DNA from: an uncultured cyanobacterium
GTDB lineage: Bacteria > Cyanobacteriota > Cyanobacteriia > PCC-6307 > Cyanobiaceae
DNA: 64,000 bases
Reading direction: 5' to 3'
NCBI GenBank assembly: GCA_963697335.1
Contig: CAVONQ010000005.1
Location: 1-64,000 of the forward strand
The translations under genes and the position numbers were made by a program. Under the pieces are notes generated by a model. It worked only from the letters and a program-made list of their open reading frames with translations. It did no database searches and was not told the DNA's origin. Shown piece by piece: positions 61,897 to 64,000 of the stretch (the first letter of the stretch is position 1; every line of letters begins with the position of its first letter).

Positions 61897-62949
61897 ATGC
61901 ACTGCTCCCGACGGCATCTGTTGCAGCTGGCCGCCGGGGGGGCCGGACTCTGGCTGGCCAGGCCCCTGCTCGGCAGGCCGGGCAGCGCCGCCAGCCTCAC
62001 GCCAGGCGCTGGGGCAGACGGCAGTGCCTTGCGCATCGCCCTGATCAGCGATCTCAACGGCAGCTACGGCTCCACCACCTACGTCCCCCAGGTGCAGCGG
62101 GGTGTGGCCCTGCTGGGCCGCCTGCGCCCTGATCTGGTGCTCTGCGCCGGCGACATGGTGGCCGGCCAGAAGCGGGGGCTCACCGCCGCCCAGCTGCAAG
62201 CGATGTGGCGCAGCTTCGGGGTGACCGTGCTCGATCCCCTGCTGGCCGATGGCCTCGCCTTCGCTGCGGCCATGGGCAACCACGACGCCTCCAGCAGCCA
62301 GCAGAACGGGCGTTACGTGTTCGGCCTCGATCGCCAGGAGGCCCAGCGGTTCTGGGCCTCCCAGCGCTCCCGCCTCAGGATCACCCTGCTGGAGGCCACG
62401 GCCTTCCCCTTCCGCTACACCCTCCTGCACCGGGGGGTGTTTGTACTGGTCCTGGACGCGTCCTCCGCCGGCCTGGGGGCGGAGCAGCTGCGTTGGGCGG
62501 AACGCCAGCTGGCCAGCCCCCAGGCCCGCCAGGCCCGGCTGCGGCTGGCGATCGGCCACCTGCCCCTCTACGCCGTGGGCCAGGGACGGGACCGCAGCGG
62601 CGAGGTGCTGCATCAGCCCGCCGTGCTGCAGGCGCTGCTGGAGCGCCAGGGGGTCGCCCTCTACGTCAGTGGCCATCACCACACCTGGTTCCCCGGCCGC
62701 GTGGGAGGCCTCAACCTGCTGAGCCTGGGGGCCATGGGCAGCGGCCCGCGCCGGTTGCTCCAGAGCAGCGCCCCACCGGAGCAGAGCCTCACCCTGTTGG
62801 AGCTATCGGGCGGAGCGGGCGAGCTGCGCGAAACCACCTACAGCCTCAACAGCCTGGAGCCACTGGCCGCCGGCTCCCTGCCCCAGGCGATCCAGCCCAG
62901 CCAGGGCCCGCGGCTGCAGCGGCGACCGCTGCAGATGGGGCTCAGCTGA
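61897..62949 (+). CDS. Tat-exported calcineurin-like metallophosphoesterase
   Basis: SRRHLL Tat motif, ISDLN, AGDMV, GNHD, GHLP, SGHHH. Confidence 0.85.
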   Translation: MHCSRRHLLQLAAGGAGLWLARPLLGRPGSAASLTPGAGADGSALRIALISDLNGSYGSTTYVPQVQRGVALLGRLRPDLVLCAGDMVAGQKRGLTAAQLQAMWRSFGVTVLDPLLADGLAFAAAMGNHDASSSQQNGRYVFGLDRQEAQRFWASQRSRLRITLLEATAFPFRYTLLHRGVFVLVLDASSAGLGAEQLRWAERQLASPQARQARLRLAIGHLPLYAVGQGRDRSGEVLHQPAVLQALLERQGVALYVSGHHHTWFPGRVGGLNLLSLGAMGSGPRRLLQSSAPPEQSLTLLELSGGAGELRETTYSLNSLEPLAAGSLPQAIQPSQGPRLQRRPLQMGLS

Positions 62950-63685
62950 GCGGGGCCTCCAGCAGATCCAGCAGGTTGTCGATCAGGCGGCGCCCCTGCC
63001 TCTCGGCCCTGGGACCCCAGCGGCGCGTGTCGGCACGGATCCGCTCCACTCCCGCAGGGCCCAGGGCTCCTGCCACATAGGCCGCGTCCTCCTCCAGCCA
63101 GCGCGGCAGGTCCTGGCCCAGCACCTCGGCATGACACTGCAGGCCGTAGGCCCGCGCACCGAGGCGGAAGATCTGTTCCGGGCAGAGCAGGGTGGATCCC
63201 AGCAGCTCGGCAGCGGCGGGCAGGCGCACCCGATCGCCATGCCAGTGCAGCATCAGCTCACTGGCCTCCAGCCCCCGCAGCAGGGGTTCCTGGCCGGGGT
63301 TCCCCAGAAAGCTCACCGCACCCCAGCCCACCTCCCGCAACGGCACGGGTGGAACCCCGCAGGTGAGAGGTTCCACGCTGCCTCCCGCCGCATGGGCCAG
63401 CAGCTGGGCGCCCAGGCAGATGCCGATCACGGGCTGCTGGCGTGCCAGCACCCGCTCCAGCAGCGCCACCTCCTCGGCGAGCCAGGCCAGGGCCGGATCG
63501 GTGCGTTGCTCCACGCCCATCGGACCGCCCAGCACCAGCAGGATCTCGTCGTCCAGGGGATCGCGCAGGGGCTGGGCCAGGTCTGGACGCAACACCTCCA
63601 GCGGCCAGCCCCGAGCAGTCGCTGCGGCGGCGAACTGGCCCGGGCCTTCACGCTCCAGGTGCTGGATCACGAGCAGTCGGGCCAT
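62942..63685 (-). CDS. Class I glutamine amidotransferase-like protein
   Basis: QHLEREGPG, LGGPM, GICLGAQ, WHGD, QCHAE. Confidence 0.87.
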   Translation of the reverse strand: MARLLVIQHLEREGPGQFAAAATARGWPLEVLRPDLAQPLRDPLDDEILLVLGGPMGVEQRTDPALAWLAEEVALLERVLARQQPVIGICLGAQLLAHAAGGSVEPLTCGVPPVPLREVGWGAVSFLGNPGQEPLLRGLEASELMLHWHGDRVRLPAAAELLGSTLLCPEQIFRLGARAYGLQCHAEVLGQDLPRWLEEDAAYVAGALGPAGVERIRADTRRWGPRAERQGRRLIDNLLDLLEAPLS

Positions 63686-64000
63686 GGCGGTATCCCAGCA
63701 GCCCCCATCCTTGCCGGCCAATCCCGGCAGCCGCCTCATCAGCCCAGCCGCCACATCGGCCTGTGCCATCGGTTGCCCCCAGCTGTCACCTGACGGCTCG
63801 ACCGTGGGATCGGTGGGAGGCAGGCTGAACGCAACCGCAGGTCCCGACCATGCTCCGCATCCGTGGCAACAAGCTCAGCCTGCTGGCGGCACTCACTGCC
63901 CACTGGACCCATCAACAGCTGGCCATCCGCAGCATTCATAGGCTGGGATCCGACGCCACCCGTGGCCCCGCTCCCCAGAGATGAACCAGCTCACCACCGC

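Overview
GC-rich picocyanobacterial (Cyanobium/Synechococcus-like) chromosome segment. Positions ~1-5.8 kb form a visibly lower-GC accessory island containing a complete IS5-family element that starts exactly at base 1, followed by a small ORF, a P-loop kinase (AAA_33/Pnk-like)-wHTH ORF and a WYL ORF split from it by one in-frame TGA, then more hypothetical ORFs. An identical 13-bp motif (CCGTCATTCGCAT) lies exactly 73 nt before the start codons of the two small genes flanking the kinase-WYL pair, suggesting a self-contained WYL regulon; this is the best candidate for an undescribed system. The rest is mostly core genome: alkB-like, UPF0182, thrC-like + MoaD/ThiS, ftsH, rpmF, glycerate kinase, recJ, clc, psb30, degenerate RNase R/Zam, ubiX, acsF, tldD/pmbA, fmt, rhlE-like helicase, mfd, ctpA, ispG, UDG, aminotransferase, PhnDCE-like ABC + mnmH, SigF-like sigma, rsmE, hslO, bicA-like SulP, cysK, and an OmpR/EnvZ-like pair with two candidate target genes. 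Other notable non-coding signals are a three-way-junction RNA candidate upstream of the aminotransferase, 10-bp-period OmpR-type boxes, and a palindrome before thrC-moaD. Four genes carry single extra bases in G/C runs, most likely sequencing errors. No tRNA, rRNA or CRISPR array was recognised. All family assignments are from motif recognition by eye, not database searches.
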